Shown here piece after piece: positions 26,208 through 38,490 of a stretch of DNA of 64,000 nt (position 1 is the first letter of the stretch; every line of letters starts with the position of its first letter). Source of the DNA: Octopus vulgaris (lineage: Eukaryota); assembly GCA_951406725.2 (NCBI GenBank), contig OX597815.1, forward strand, positions 164,176,001 to 164,240,000, in the 5' to 3' direction. Made by a program: the position numbers and the translations under genes. The notes beneath the pieces were generated by a model. It was not told the origin of the DNA. It saw only the letters and a list, made by a program, of their open reading frames with translations, and searched no databases.

Positions 26208-29200
26208 ATCTACATAGTGAAGTACAAAGCCTTCGCATTCTAAAGCTTTTCATTCTTTAGACCAATAAATGGTTCTTTTACTGCAGACTTTATGATGGTA
26301 ATTTTACATCGTACGACATGTGTCAGACTTTATACGAAATAGTTTTTTTTTTTTCAGTTTTCCGTCTCCAAAATTGCATTCCGATAATATTATAGATATT
26401 TTTCTCGCCATCTAAAAATTAACAAAAGCTAGAAAAAGTGTTTAAGTAAATTAACGGTATCTTTTTACCTCATCCGCCAGCCAAAGAGAACAATAACAGA
26501 AAGCAATTATCGATTGCATGGAACATAGTTAAAATTCAAGGAAACATTAATTTATGTCGATACATTAAACCTTTTCTGAAATCCTAGTCTGCATTTCTCG
26601 CAAAATTTGGGCCTTCAACTCCACATCCCACATGTGGTTCACGGAGTCACATATATTGCTCCTTGCAGACTATGAAGACAGCAAAGGCCACACAGAAATC
26701 TCAATATTTACTAACTGGGAGAAATTTACATTGTACAGTTACTTACGCAGTACATACAAGAAGGATGGCATAGGCCTGAGATCTCTCTTCTTTAACTGCA
26801 TTAACGGATAAAGAAGAGAAAGTTACTGTTATGTACAGGACAGCATCTTCCATATCTATAAAACATTTCGAGCATCGGAATTATTTTAAAGCAAGCTACA
26901 GAAGGCTTCATAGTCTCCAGTCTATACTAAATTCCCCATTTGCTGATGATCTTAAATTTAGGCTTTTCTCTTTTCGATCAGTAATTCTCACAGCTCTAAA
27001 GAGATGCTAACGTCTACGTTGCATAATTGTGGTCTACAGCGCATCGTTCATGTATTTCAAGTAGTGTTAGTGCTATGCTTTCAAAGCTTATACCCCACTA
27101 AAAAAGAAAGGAAATATTACCCTAGGCATTAACAAATACCACCTGCAGATACCCTCTACTACCTTACCAATATACTGCATCCCTTCTTGTGTCATCTACC
27201 CTTACTACAAGGGTTTATGAATTAGCAAGTCGTACAGCATTAGTGCCCTACACCACTTTATGCATTAACATTTTATTTTCTCGTTATCTTTGTCGCATAT
27301 CATGCACAAACATTTAGATATATCGTTTGTCCTTAGAAGCCTAATTAGTTTCAACTGCAATAATTACAGCCAAAATCAATACTGACAACAACAGCAACAA
27401 TGAAAACATCAACGTCACTATCAAGAGCAATTTAAAACATATCAACCTTGTGTTTTTAACTCACAGAAACAGTTAATTACAACTGAACTGCACAAACTTG
27501 AAAGCTATTTTCAGTAATGTTTTTTTGGTATTTTGAACTTTATGTCTTGTACTGTAGTGATGTTTCGGAATTGACTTATATTGGTTGTATGAATATTTCT
27601 TCTCCATGCATCTATGTTGGCGGAATTGTTTTTCGGTTAGTCAATGTATTTATGCATAAAAACGTGTTTCTTTTTAATACCAATTCGCCTGTCTCTTGTT
27701 CTTCAGTTATTTTTTTATCACAACTTAATTTCACTATCACAGTGAATATATGCAAAAGTTTCCAACCATCTTCTGGAAAAGATAACTTAATTTTTAAATA
27801 TTTTGTCATATTGCTTAAGCTTTCTGTGAAACAGGTATCTATCAAAATTCGTTCTACTCTTGTGGAGGATGGTGATTATTTTACTTAAACTCATAAATCT
27901 AAAATATGATGAATTTCGTGTCAGAACATTCTCTCACCAAGATTTCGATCTTATTCTACAGTAACAAATCATTAATGTTTACTTTAAGCATATTAGTTGG
28001 TTCTTCGACTTTGAATATTTGCATGGTATTCGAAAATTTAAATAAGAAACCTTTTTGATACCTGTTTATACAATTAGACCAATAGGATGAAACGAATATA
28101 AACGAATATATACCAAATAAAAGATCAGAATTTTTTTCCTTTTTCTTCTGTTCGCTTTGTAGTGTTAAATACTGTAACAGCTTAACGTGTTTCTTTTATG
28201 GTTCTTTGATACCCTTGGATTAAGAGTGTTCAAGCACTCGAAATTCTTAGATTATTTACTTAGTAGTTATCGTAGATACATGCTTTTTCTAAAGCTAATT
28301 CTCACTAAATATCGAGCGTCACTGATAACTGAAGGTGTTGTAAAGGCGTTTGATAAAGACACAGCTACTATATTGTGTATGTAGTTCATAAGCTAGCTAA
28401 AGACTTTATCAGGAATCCAATTCACGAACGAATTCATAATCTAAATAACTCAAAAGTTAGGTGTAATTTACTTTGGTTTGTTCAGAGCAATGAGACTTTT
28501 AGCATCTCAATATTCATTAAACTTGACCACAGATAGCCATCATTGCCTATATAGTTCTCAACAAAGCTGCGATAAATTTATAGCGTTCTTGGCACAGAAA
28601 AAGTTCAGTGGACTATATTCCTGTCGGCTTTTGCTAAATGCTGACCATAAAACATTGAAGTTGATGAGCAGTCTTATCTCTAAATTACAGTCAGTGAGAG
28701 AACGAGAAAGCAAGAGAGGGTGAGAGATTTCTTCATATTTCTACTTTGACTAGATAAGGGTAAATAAAGAACACCAGAGACCTCGATTAAAAACCTAATT
28801 TTTGGGTCAGTGGCATAATCCTTCCAGTAAGTACTCAGTCACCCATTTCAAAGATAGAGTGAATAAATAAGTTGGTGGAGACAGCAAAAGATATCTCTTT
28901 TTCATTTTTAATTCCATTTTTTTTATCTCATTTTGTTCTATTCTCACAATAGAGCAAAGGGAGTCCGAGAAAAGGTGTTGTGATGATAATGCAATAGAAA
29001 AAGTGTAACTCTCCCAGTAAATTAGATTACTATCTCAAGGGAGAATATAGAAGGCAAAAGCATCACAAAATATGAAAAGATAATATATGCATGTATATAT
29101 GTATGTATGTATGTGGTTTATGTATATACATATATAAATTCTGTGTGTGTGTGTATCTATGTACATAGATGTTATCAAGAATCGGTAACACTTGATAGAT

Positions 29201-29503
29201 TTAGTAATTCAGCTCTTGAAGTAGATATCTGATTGCTTAGATACATGTCTCTAAAGGGAAGCTGAATTTAATTTGTCATCGACAGTTTTCTCACACTGTG
29301 GACATACATTTCGACTAGAATGCCCACACAAAGACTAATACAAAACATACTTGTTTTATTTGTCAAAATCTAGTGTAACATTACTCTATATATGTCCTAA
29401 ATTAGATTAGCATGAATGCGTGCAAGAATATGTTTGTATGCCTTCCAAAATGTTTGTGAAAGTACGTATTAGTGTGTCTGTGTGTGTACATTTATACATA
29501 CGT

Positions 29504-29574
<71 letters not shown>

Positions 29575-30024
29575 ATTTGGAGAGAAATGAAGGAGAGACA
29601 TAGACACACACAAACACACACATATAGATACAATATACAGACATGTGCATACGTATATGTGTGTGTGTACATTTACAATGCAAACAACAGACTATAATTA
29701 TGTTAAAATATATCTGAAAACTATTTCGTTACCAATAATAGTACATAGCAGAATACTCAATTGTTAAACGCAACAAGTTCTAAATAATTATCGCGGGAGG
29801 CCTTATTCCCTGCTGTAGGCCTCACAGCAGTAGTTTCTACAAAACTGATGGATGATTGTTGGCAGTGCTGACTTGAATTTTTAAATTGTCTTGCAACGAT
29901 GAAATACTATATGCGAACGTCTTTCGCCCTAGCCAGGGAAAACAAATTATCGCTCGTTCAACGTAATACCAGGAAAACCAGAAAAAACTCTCAACCTTAG
30001 AAATCTTATTGAGTTAGAACACTG

Positions 30025-30325
30025 CAATGACCCAGTGGTTAGGGCAACGGACTCGCGGTCGGAGGATCGCGGTTTCGATTCCCAGACCGGGCGTTGTGTG
30101 TGTTTATTGAGCGAAAACACTTAAGAGCTCCACGAAAACACTTAAAAGCTCCGACTCATGTTGTACTCTTTCGCCACAACTTTCTCTCACTCTCTCTTCT
30201 TGTTTTGTTTCTTGAGTAACGCTGCGATGGACTGGCGTCCCGTCTAGCTGGGGGGAACGCATACGCCACAGAAACCGGGAAACCGGGCCCATGAGCCTGG
30301 CTAGGTTTGAAAGGGGCGTAAAAAA
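30025..30325 (+). mobile_element. SINE family C
   Basis: cccagtggttagggcaacggactcgcggtcggaggatcgcggtttcgattccc head; A-rich end. Confidence 0.75.
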
Positions 30326-31041
30326 AGAACATTATTTGATTATTTTTGTCAGTTGCGTGGCCAAGATAAAACGGTTAAATTCAGTTTAAAATTCTCTCCG
30401 AAAATATGTATGTGTGTGTGTGTGTGAATAGATAAACAAATAAATATATAAGGGGGCGAGAGATAAGTGACAGGTTATTGAACTACGGCTTTAACTCTGA
30501 AACTTCACTTCTGAAACGAGTCTTCAGGACTATTTTATTAATAAAGAACGTTATCAGTTCGAAACTAGAAACTTTGAACTCGGAGACATGCTTGCACCCA
30601 CGCAAAGCATATAAACACATTAATGAGCTCTCTCTCTCTCTCTCTCTCTCTAAAAGCATAAGAGCGAGTAGCTTGGTTGTAATCGGAGGAATGAATAAAA
30701 ATATATGTTTCTTATAAAGGCAAGTAGTTTTGAGAGGAGTTATTTGTTGATGCTATCGACTGTTGCTATTGACTGGCATACTGTTTTATCAACACTCAAA
30801 CCTGAAAAGCAAAGTTAACATGGCAGCAGGATTTGAACTCGGAAAAATAAAAATACTCAAAAAACAAAAATGTTTTCTGACGTTTTAACGATTCGCTAAT
30901 TTCGGTGAAATATATAAAGTTGTCAATAGACTGGCAGCCTCGAAATCAGTGACAGTTGTAGTAGATGAAGAATAAATAACTGCTATGTCCAATCGAGGAA
31001 AATAACGATGCATTAGCGTCAAGCAGTGTTTAGGCATGAGT

Positions 31042-31338
31042 TGTTTTTGTTGTTTGTTCCTTCTTGAACCATGCCTGGCTCATAAGGGCCGGTTTCCTTG
31101 GCGTATAGGTTCCCCACCTGAACGGGACGCATCTTGCAGGTGAGCTGCAGGAGGAAAGAGTGAGAGAAAGTTGTGGCGAAAGAGTCAGCAGAAGTTCGCC
31201 ATTACCTTCTGCGTGGAGCTTAGGTGTTTTGGCTCATAAACACACACACACACACACACATCACCCGGTCTGAGATTCGAACTCGCGATCCCAAGACCGC
31301 GAATCCGCTGCTCTAACCACTAGGCCATGTGCCTCAAC
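31042..31338 (-). mobile_element. SINE family C with 12-bp TSD
   Basis: ttaggcatgagt at 31030-31041 and 31339-31350. Confidence 0.85.
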
Positions 31339-31344
31339 TTAGGC

Positions 31345-31857
31345 ATGAGTAGAATTTAAGTTAGTTGAAGTATGTTTGTGGCATATTTCAACAGCCAAAA
31401 TGCAAATGCACTGCAGTTGCTGGTAAAAAGGTGTTAAAATACCCGGTTCGTTCAGTGTCGCCATCTATTAGGAATCCCAGATATCGATTTTTCAAGCTTC
31501 TTGGCTCTTGTCGATGAGATGTACCTAAGAGAGGCAACTCTGAACGAACTTATAAAGCCATAGTTTTATATGTGCTTTAGTCAACACGTATCCTCTAGTG
31601 CAAATCAATCAACGTTTTGACTGAAGCATACATAAAGCTATGGCTTTGTAAGTTCGTTCAGAGTTGCCTCTTTTAGGTACATCTCATCGACAAGAGTAAA
31701 GAAGCTTGAAACATCGATGATTGGGTTTTCTAATAGATGGCGACACTGAACGAACCAGGTGTTTTCATACCATTTTACCACGGTAACTACGGTGTATTTG
31801 TCTTTTAGCAGTTGAAATATGTCACAGACATACTTGAGTTAACCTAAACTCTGCTTA
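31345..31857. repeat. Long foldback (MITE-like): ~245-bp inverted arms with ~22-nt loop
   Basis: e.g. ttgtcgatgagatgtacctaa / ttaggtacatctcatcgacaa and ggttcgttcagtgtcgccatctattag / ctaatagatggcgacactgaacgaacc. Confidence 0.85.
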
Positions 31858-32904
31858 ACTGTTATGTAATTTAGGAATTATAATGCACATTTAAAAAGAG
31901 GATATAATTAATGTAATCTGAGCTAAAATGTGAAAAAGCTAAAATGGATATTGGCAGGATTCGAAATTGAAACACAAAATAAAAGCAGAATAGCACGAAG
32001 AATTGAGTTCGGTGCTCTATTTATTCTGTTATTCACTGATTTAGTTGTACAAGAAATAGTGGTGATGATATTGAAGGACTTGGCACAGTTGACGGGGATT
32101 CATTTCTGTTGATTCTTGGCAAAATTCCCAATGCATTATCCTACAAAAACCACACCGATATCAGATAACACTGTAATTTCCTATAGAATACGTACGGTCT
32201 AATCTTATTTACTCCAGTCTTTTAGAAGAACTTAAAAAGTGTTTGTATGAGCTATATATGGATTGAAACATGCCTACGCATTCACGCGCAACGCACACAC
32301 AAACACACACATGTAGAAGGATAGCTAAACATACATCCACAAGCATACATACATGCAAATATATATACGTGTGTGCTTGCTCGTGTGTGTATAAAAGTAA
32401 GGTTTTCTTCAATTGAAGATTATTAAATGTATTAAAACATTTTCTTTTAAAAAAGGGTATTAGCAGAGACCTTAGAAAAGGAAGTTTTTGCGTAAGCACT
32501 TTTCCCTGTTTTCAATTTTTCAAGCAACCGCGTTATAAGCCCTTCGACAAAAGCTTCTTTCCAACTAATCCGAACTAATCTACTTTATTTAATTTAATTT
32601 TAAGTAAATCTATTTTCGAATACTATGCCTGTATCAAAATATATTTTAAAAATCTTGTACATATATAGGGTGCGATGGGTAAATTGTAGCCATTTTACAT
32701 TTTTTATTTCGCGCATGCGCATTGTTTTCTATAATTTTGTCGACTACACGGTACAGTAGGGTCAGTTGGGCATCGCCTGGAGGGACAACGCCAATATGCT
32801 AGAACTAGATGTCAAATGTCTACAAACTACTCTAAATTTGTTCTCCTTTTTGCGCAAGGCCACTAGTATAATCATTTTAATGATTATTTCCTCAATTTAT
32901 ACGT

Positions 32905-33200
32905 ATATGTGTGTATTAATTGCTGGTAGGGACACAGCATTTCGTTATGCAATCATAATATACTAACAAGTATATTAAACGCTTATTATTTAATAATATG
33001 TCCTACCTGTGTTAGTAGTGCTATTCAATCACTTTATTTTTTAAGTTATCTCTAGAGGTAACTGTTTTTTTAATGTCATTGAATAGCACTGCTAACACAG
33101 TGAGACACAGTATTGTCTGATAAAACGTTTAATATACTTAGTAATATATTATCGTTACGTAACGAAATATGTTGTTCCTACAAGCAATTAATACGTACGT
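32905..33200. repeat. Degenerate palindrome centred on CTCTAGAG (33050-33057)
   Basis: ctgtgttagtagtgctattcaat / attgaatagcactgctaacacag; gtattaattgct / agcaattaatac. Confidence 0.75.
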
Positions 33201-33864
33201 ACATGATACCAGGAATGTATTTAACATGAAAAATTGGTATATCCAGTTCTTTTAGACCGCGATATAGCACACAGCCACGCTGACATGAGAAAGGAATTAT
33301 AACTAAACGTTAAACCAAAGGTTTTCCAAACAGAGAAATTTAGTAATATATATATATATATATATTGCGAATATTTAACAATGAATTAGAATTTGGGACC
33401 TAACAACTCTGCTATAATTGGATACGTGACTGCTGACACGTGACTTAATATTTAATTGCTCATTTATTAATTTTGTTAAAAAAAAAAATTAATGTGTCCC
33501 GAAAAAATTTATTTTAGACAGCGCATCCCCCAGTGTGAAAAGGCTGGAGAGCTCTGCTCTGTTCACTCAACTATGAAATAGAAGTTTGGATGGAAACTGA
33601 TTTTTCTCATCAGTCAGGCAAATTGGCATAAGCAGAGTTTCGTTCCAAACTCAGGCTCTCACCACATATAACTTATAGTTCAATCTGAAGTTATAAGCAT
33701 GACGTCGGCATTTAAGCATCTTAACCTAACATCTATTAGATTTGATAGATATCATTCATTTGGCCACGGATATACATACATACATACATACATACATACA
33801 TACATACATACATACATACATACATACATACATACATACATACATACATACATACATACATACA

Positions 33865-33939
<75 letters not shown>

Positions 33940-34484
33940 CATCTGAATGATAGATATTTGCTTTTCTGTCGAATTAACTCATCTCATTTCGTATAATATA
34001 TTTTGTATATTATTAGCTTTTGATGAAAATATTAAAAGCTTGTCTCAATATTCTTTCTGATCATTTTTGAAAGTGAAAGATTAAATTTTTGTTCTCTTCT
34101 GTCTTTCTTGTTTTTCCCCACAAAACCAACCCCTCCCTTCTCTCTGTCTGTCTTTCTCTCTATCTTTATCTCTGTCCCTGTCTTTCTTTCTCTCTCTCTC
34201 TCTTTTACTGTCACCTCTTCCCCTGATTATTTTCTCTCCTTATGGTTATGTATTTCCTGTCATTCTTCTGCTCTCCTCTCTTTCCTCTTCTTCCTTTCTC
34301 TCCCTTTCACTTTCCATATTGCTTTTTCTCTCTCTTTCTTTCTCTCTCTCTCTCCCTTCTCTCTCTTTCTCTCTCACTCTTTCACTCTAGCTCTTACTCT
34401 ATTACTTATGTTACTTTTCTTTCCTTCTCCATGTCTTCGTCTTCCTTTCCACATATTCTCTATTAATCTCTCACCCTTTACTAT

Positions 34485-34523
<39 letters not shown>

Positions 34524-34693
34524 ATTTAGTCTTCCATTCGTTCTGTTCTCCAGGTCACTTTTTTTATCGATCCCCTATCTATTTCAACTCCTCTTTCTTT
34601 TTCTCCTCATACCAATCTCTTCCTACTCTTTCTAACCAAAAAACAGCTCCCTATCCTTATCTCTCTCCTTTCCCTTGTGATTACTCATTATAC

Positions 34694-35046
34694 GTGCAGG
34701 CGCAATGGCCCAGTGGTTAAGGCAGCGAACTTGCGGTCGTAGAATCGCAGTTTCGATTCCCAGGCCGGGCGTTGTGAGTGTTTATTGATCATGAGGTGGT
34801 GGCGAACCCTGCTGTACTCTTTCACCACAACTTTCTCTCACTCTTTCTTCCTGTTTCTGTTGTACCTGTATTTCAAAGGATCAGCCTTGTCACACTCTGT
34901 GTCATGCTGAATGTCCCCGAGAACTATGTTATGGGTACATGTGTCTGTGGATGCTCAGCCACTTACACGTTAATTTCACGAGCAGGCCGCCTCGTTGATC
35001 GGATCAACTGGAACCTACGTCATCGTGACCGACGGAGTGCCACAAG
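34694..35046 (+). mobile_element. SINE family C with 11-bp TSD
   Basis: actcattatac at 34683-34693 and 35047-35057; tRNA-like head ggcgcaatggcccagtggttaagg...gtttcgattccc. Confidence 0.85.
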
Positions 35047-35232
35047 ACTCATTATACACTCTTTCTCTGTATCACTTTTTCTCTCCCTGTTTTGCTGTCT
35101 CTCTCTAAATTTTCATGTAGGAATATGCTGCTTTTATCTTCCATTTAATGTTAAGTCCTTCGTCTGTCTATTTGATACTCTCTGTCTTTCAGTCTGTCTC
35201 CCCATCACACGCACATACACACACACACACTC

Positions 35233-35279
<47 letters not shown>

Positions 35280-35318
35280 ATATATATATGTATGTATATG
35301 TAAATATATATATATATT

Positions 35319-35364
<46 letters not shown>

Positions 35365-35472
35365 TATATATATATATATATATATAACTTAGAATAACTT
35401 AGAAAGGTTTTTGGCCAGTATTGGCCCAGGCCATGTCTAACTTAATAGCACCACCTGGCGAAGTCTTTCAGT

Positions 35473-38400
35473 TCAGGATTTGGGCACCAAGGCCCATTCG
35501 AGCAGAGAGTTATTGTTTGCGGAGACATATCCGGGTGTGGATGGTTTGTCCGGTACTGTTTGAAGGAATTTGTCCAAGGACTTCTTGAATTTTGTGTGGT
35601 CAGTTTCTTTTTTGACGTGTCCTGGTGTAATGTTGAAGAGAGCGGGTCCAATTGAGGTGAAATAGTTGTGCCGTATTGTCGTTATGTGATGCGATTTAGA
35701 TTTTTGTTGTGGACGGATGGCACGTGGTCCAAGCCTTGGATGCATTTTGAAGGTGATGCCAACATCATTCGGACAGTGCTGATGGAATATTTTCCACATC
35801 ATACAGATAATGTAGCGTTCACGGCGTCGTTGGAGTGAATACAATTTCAGCTTCTCTAGTCTACCCCAGTAGTCAAGGTCTGACATGCCATCTATCTTTT
35901 TTGTGATTGACCTTTGGGGAGCTTCAATTCTCATAATATTTTGTTTTGTGTAGGGAGACCACAGTGGACAGCAGTATTCAAGGTGGGGTCGGGCAAAAGT
36001 GGAGAAGAGAAGGATAATAGCGTGGGAATCTCTCGACTGGAAGGTTCTGAGAATCCAGGAACACATTCTGCGGGCCATGTCAACTTTGCTGCTTATATGT
36101 GTAGCCCAGCTTATGTTGTTGTCCACTATTACTCCCAGGTCTCTGATGTTGTTGGATGCCATGAGAATTTCTCCAGAAGGAAGAGAGTATGGGAGTTTCA
36201 GAGCGTCCTCCCTTCCAAAGTGGATCAGTTCGAATTTGTCTTCATTTAGCAACATGTTATTCTTTTCCGCCCATTGGACAACAGCCAGTAGGTCTGACTG
36301 AAGGTTTATTCGGTCATCCACGCCATTGATGACCTTCTGGAGCTTGGAATCATCAGCGAAGGTTCTGATGTTGCTGTGTTTGATGGTGTCAGTAATATCA
36401 TTTATGTAGATGATGAAGAGAAGTGGGCCCAACACAGTGCCTTGTGGGACACCACTGCTGACTTTGGCTGGGCTGGATTTGACTCCTTCGACTACAACAT
36501 GTTGGGTTCTGTTAGAGAGGAAGCACTTGATCCATTGCAGCAGCTTTCCAGTGACACCAATATTGGACAGCTTTCTCAGAAGGATCTTATGATCAACCCT
36601 GTCAAAGGCCTTGCTGAAATCAAGGTAGATGACATCAGTGTTGGAACCCTCTCCCAAGGCTCTCAAAATGTCATCAAAATGATGCAGTAGCTGCGTCAGG
36701 CAATCTCTCCCATTACGGAATCCATGCTGGTTGGGGTTCAGCATATTATGACTCTCAAGGAAGTGAGTCATACGCGATCTCAGCACCCTCTCAAATACCT
36801 TGATGATATGAGAGGTGAGTGAGATTGGACGGTAATTCACGGCAAGCGATTTGTTTCCTTTTTTGAAAACTGGGACAACAGACTGGGATAGAAGGTCTTC
36901 TGGTATATATCCAGCATCCAATGAGTTCCGCCACAGATTGGCTAGAGGGGGTGCAAGTTGGTTTTGACACATCTTCAAGACACAAGCAGGGAACCTATCG
37001 GGACCTACTGCTGAATTATGCTTCATTTCCTTTATTGCTGCTAAGACATCAGGAGCGCCAAATGTTATGTCCGATAAAGTGTATTGGGGAGTAATATCAC
37101 TGATACAGCCCAGATCAGTCATATCAGGATTGCTGAAAACAGAGCAATATTGTTTCTGCAATATTTCTCCCATGGTTTTGGCATTGTCTTGAAGAATACC
37201 ATTTTCATCAATCAGAGGGCCAACAGTAGAACCAGTGACTCTGTGTTTTTTTGCAAATGAAAAGAACACTTTGGGATTGAGTTTGATCTTCTCAATGGCC
37301 CAGGCCTCTTCAGCTCTTCGCTGACTATTGATGATAGACATCATGTTGTTTTGGAGTTTATGTTTTTTAATCTCTAGCGACGAGATGGCAGTCAGGTTGG
37401 TGTGTTGCTGTTGACAGTATTTCAGCATGTTGATCTTTTTGTTGATTCTTTTAATTTTCCTTATGAGAGATTTTCTATTTCTAGGGATTCGACACTTAGA
37501 TTTGTTTGCAGATCTTAATGGGGTGTGTCTTGCACATATGTTCGTGATGGTGTCTACAAGTGACTGCCAGGACTTTTTGATGTTAGTGGGTGTGTATGTG
37601 TGCGTGAAGGACCAATCGACTTGTGCAAGATCATTATTGATCGCTTCCCAGTTTGCATTGTGGAAATCCATAGTGTCAAATGGATGAACAGGAGGGATGA
37701 CATTTGTTTTGCATTTTGGCCAGTGAAATCTCAGATCACAGAGAACCATGTCATGGTCGGAGATTAGGGTTTTCTCCACTGCAATATTGTGGATAGTATC
37801 AGTGTGATTGCTGAAAATTAAGTCTAAGACGTTTTTGTGACATCTCGTTGGTTCGAGTACCAGTTGGGACAAGAAGAAGTCATCCATGAAGTCAAGAAGC
37901 GATTCCACTGCCTCCCTGTCAGGGGTTGAGAGAGAAAAACCTGGCGGCAGACTGTTTGTAGACCAGTCAACCCCGGGAAGGTTGAAATCTCCCATCATTA
38001 AAATGTTGTCAGGTTGACACTGCTGAATGAAACACTTTATGCTGTTGAGGCATTCCTTGAAGCATGGTAGGGGCGTTTGGGGTGGTCTGTAGAGCCCAAC
38101 TACTGTTAAGTTGTTGGTTTGACTGAATACAGCGACTGCTTCGCAGTATCCATTCGAAAATATGTTCATGGCTTCTGTTGAGAATGAATCATGGACATAA
38201 ATGGCAGTCCCACCCTTTCTTCTGCCAACACGATCAGCACGAATGGTTTTGAAATTTTTAACTTTCACCTCGGCTTCCAAGTGGAGGTCACTAAGATGGG
38301 TTTCAGTGAGGACGAAGAAAGGGATGTGGTTTGGATGGGCCTCGACCCAGTCCTCCAGGAATCTTATCTTCCATTTTTGTGTATTGGTGGAAGGGCTGAT

Positions 38401-38490
38401 GCCTTGGGCATTAAGCAGAAATGTTGAGGCGAGAGTGGATGGTTTTAATTGTTTTGGTGATTTGTTTATTTGATTGCTTTTTAATGGCAT
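35473..38490 (-). CDS. LINE ORF2: APE endonuclease plus reverse transcriptase (1005 aa)
   Basis: APE motifs LTETHL, GGTAIYV, LYRPP, MGDFN, LDLIF, ISDHD; RT motifs NYRPISLTS, QHGFR, YLDFSKAFD, GVPQGTVLGPLLF, FADDSK, DLGV; C-terminal RPHLEYCCPLWSP. Confidence 0.96.
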   Translation of the reverse strand: MPLKSNQINKSPKQLKPSTLASTFLLNAQGISPSTNTQKWKIRFLEDWVEAHPNHIPFFVLTETHLSDLHLEAEVKVKNFKTIRADRVGRRKGGTAIYVHDSFSTEAMNIFSNGYCEAVAVFSQTNNLTVVGLYRPPQTPLPCFKECLNSIKCFIQQCQPDNILMMGDFNLPGVDWSTNSLPPGFSLSTPDREAVESLLDFMDDFFLSQLVLEPTRCHKNVLDLIFSNHTDTIHNIAVEKTLISDHDMVLCDLRFHWPKCKTNVIPPVHPFDTMDFHNANWEAINNDLAQVDWSFTHTYTPTNIKKSWQSLVDTITNICARHTPLRSANKSKCRIPRNRKSLIRKIKRINKKINMLKYCQQQHTNLTAISSLEIKKHKLQNNMMSIINSQRRAEEAWAIEKIKLNPKVFFSFAKKHRVTGSTVGPLIDENGILQDNAKTMGEILQKQYCSVFSNPDMTDLGCISDITPQYTLSDITFGAPDVLAAIKEMKHNSAVGPDRFPACVLKMCQNQLAPPLANLWRNSLDAGYIPEDLLSQSVVPVFKKGNKSLAVNYRPISLTSHIIKVFERVLRSRMTHFLESHNMLNPNQHGFRNGRDCLTQLLHHFDDILRALGEGSNTDVIYLDFSKAFDRVDHKILLRKLSNIGVTGKLLQWIKCFLSNRTQHVVVEGVKSSPAKVSSGVPQGTVLGPLLFIIYINDITDTIKHSNIRTFADDSKLQKVINGVDDRINLQSDLLAVVQWAEKNNMLLNEDKFELIHFGREDALKLPYSLPSGEILMASNNIRDLGVIVDNNISWATHISSKVDMARRMCSWILRTFQSRDSHAIILLFSTFARPHLEYCCPLWSPYTKQNIMRIEAPQRSITKKIDGMSDLDYWGRLEKLKLYSLQRRRERYIICMMWKIFHQHCPNDVGITFKMHPRLGPRAIRPQQKSKSHHITTIRHNYFTSIGPALFNITPGHVKKETDHTKFKKSLDKFLQTVPDKPSTPGYVSANNNSLLEWALVPKS

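Noticed and set aside
27517-27888. ORFs weakly reminiscent of an L1/Tx1 endonuclease (DGWKLLH)
   Set aside because: A single weak motif with no supporting catalytic motifs.
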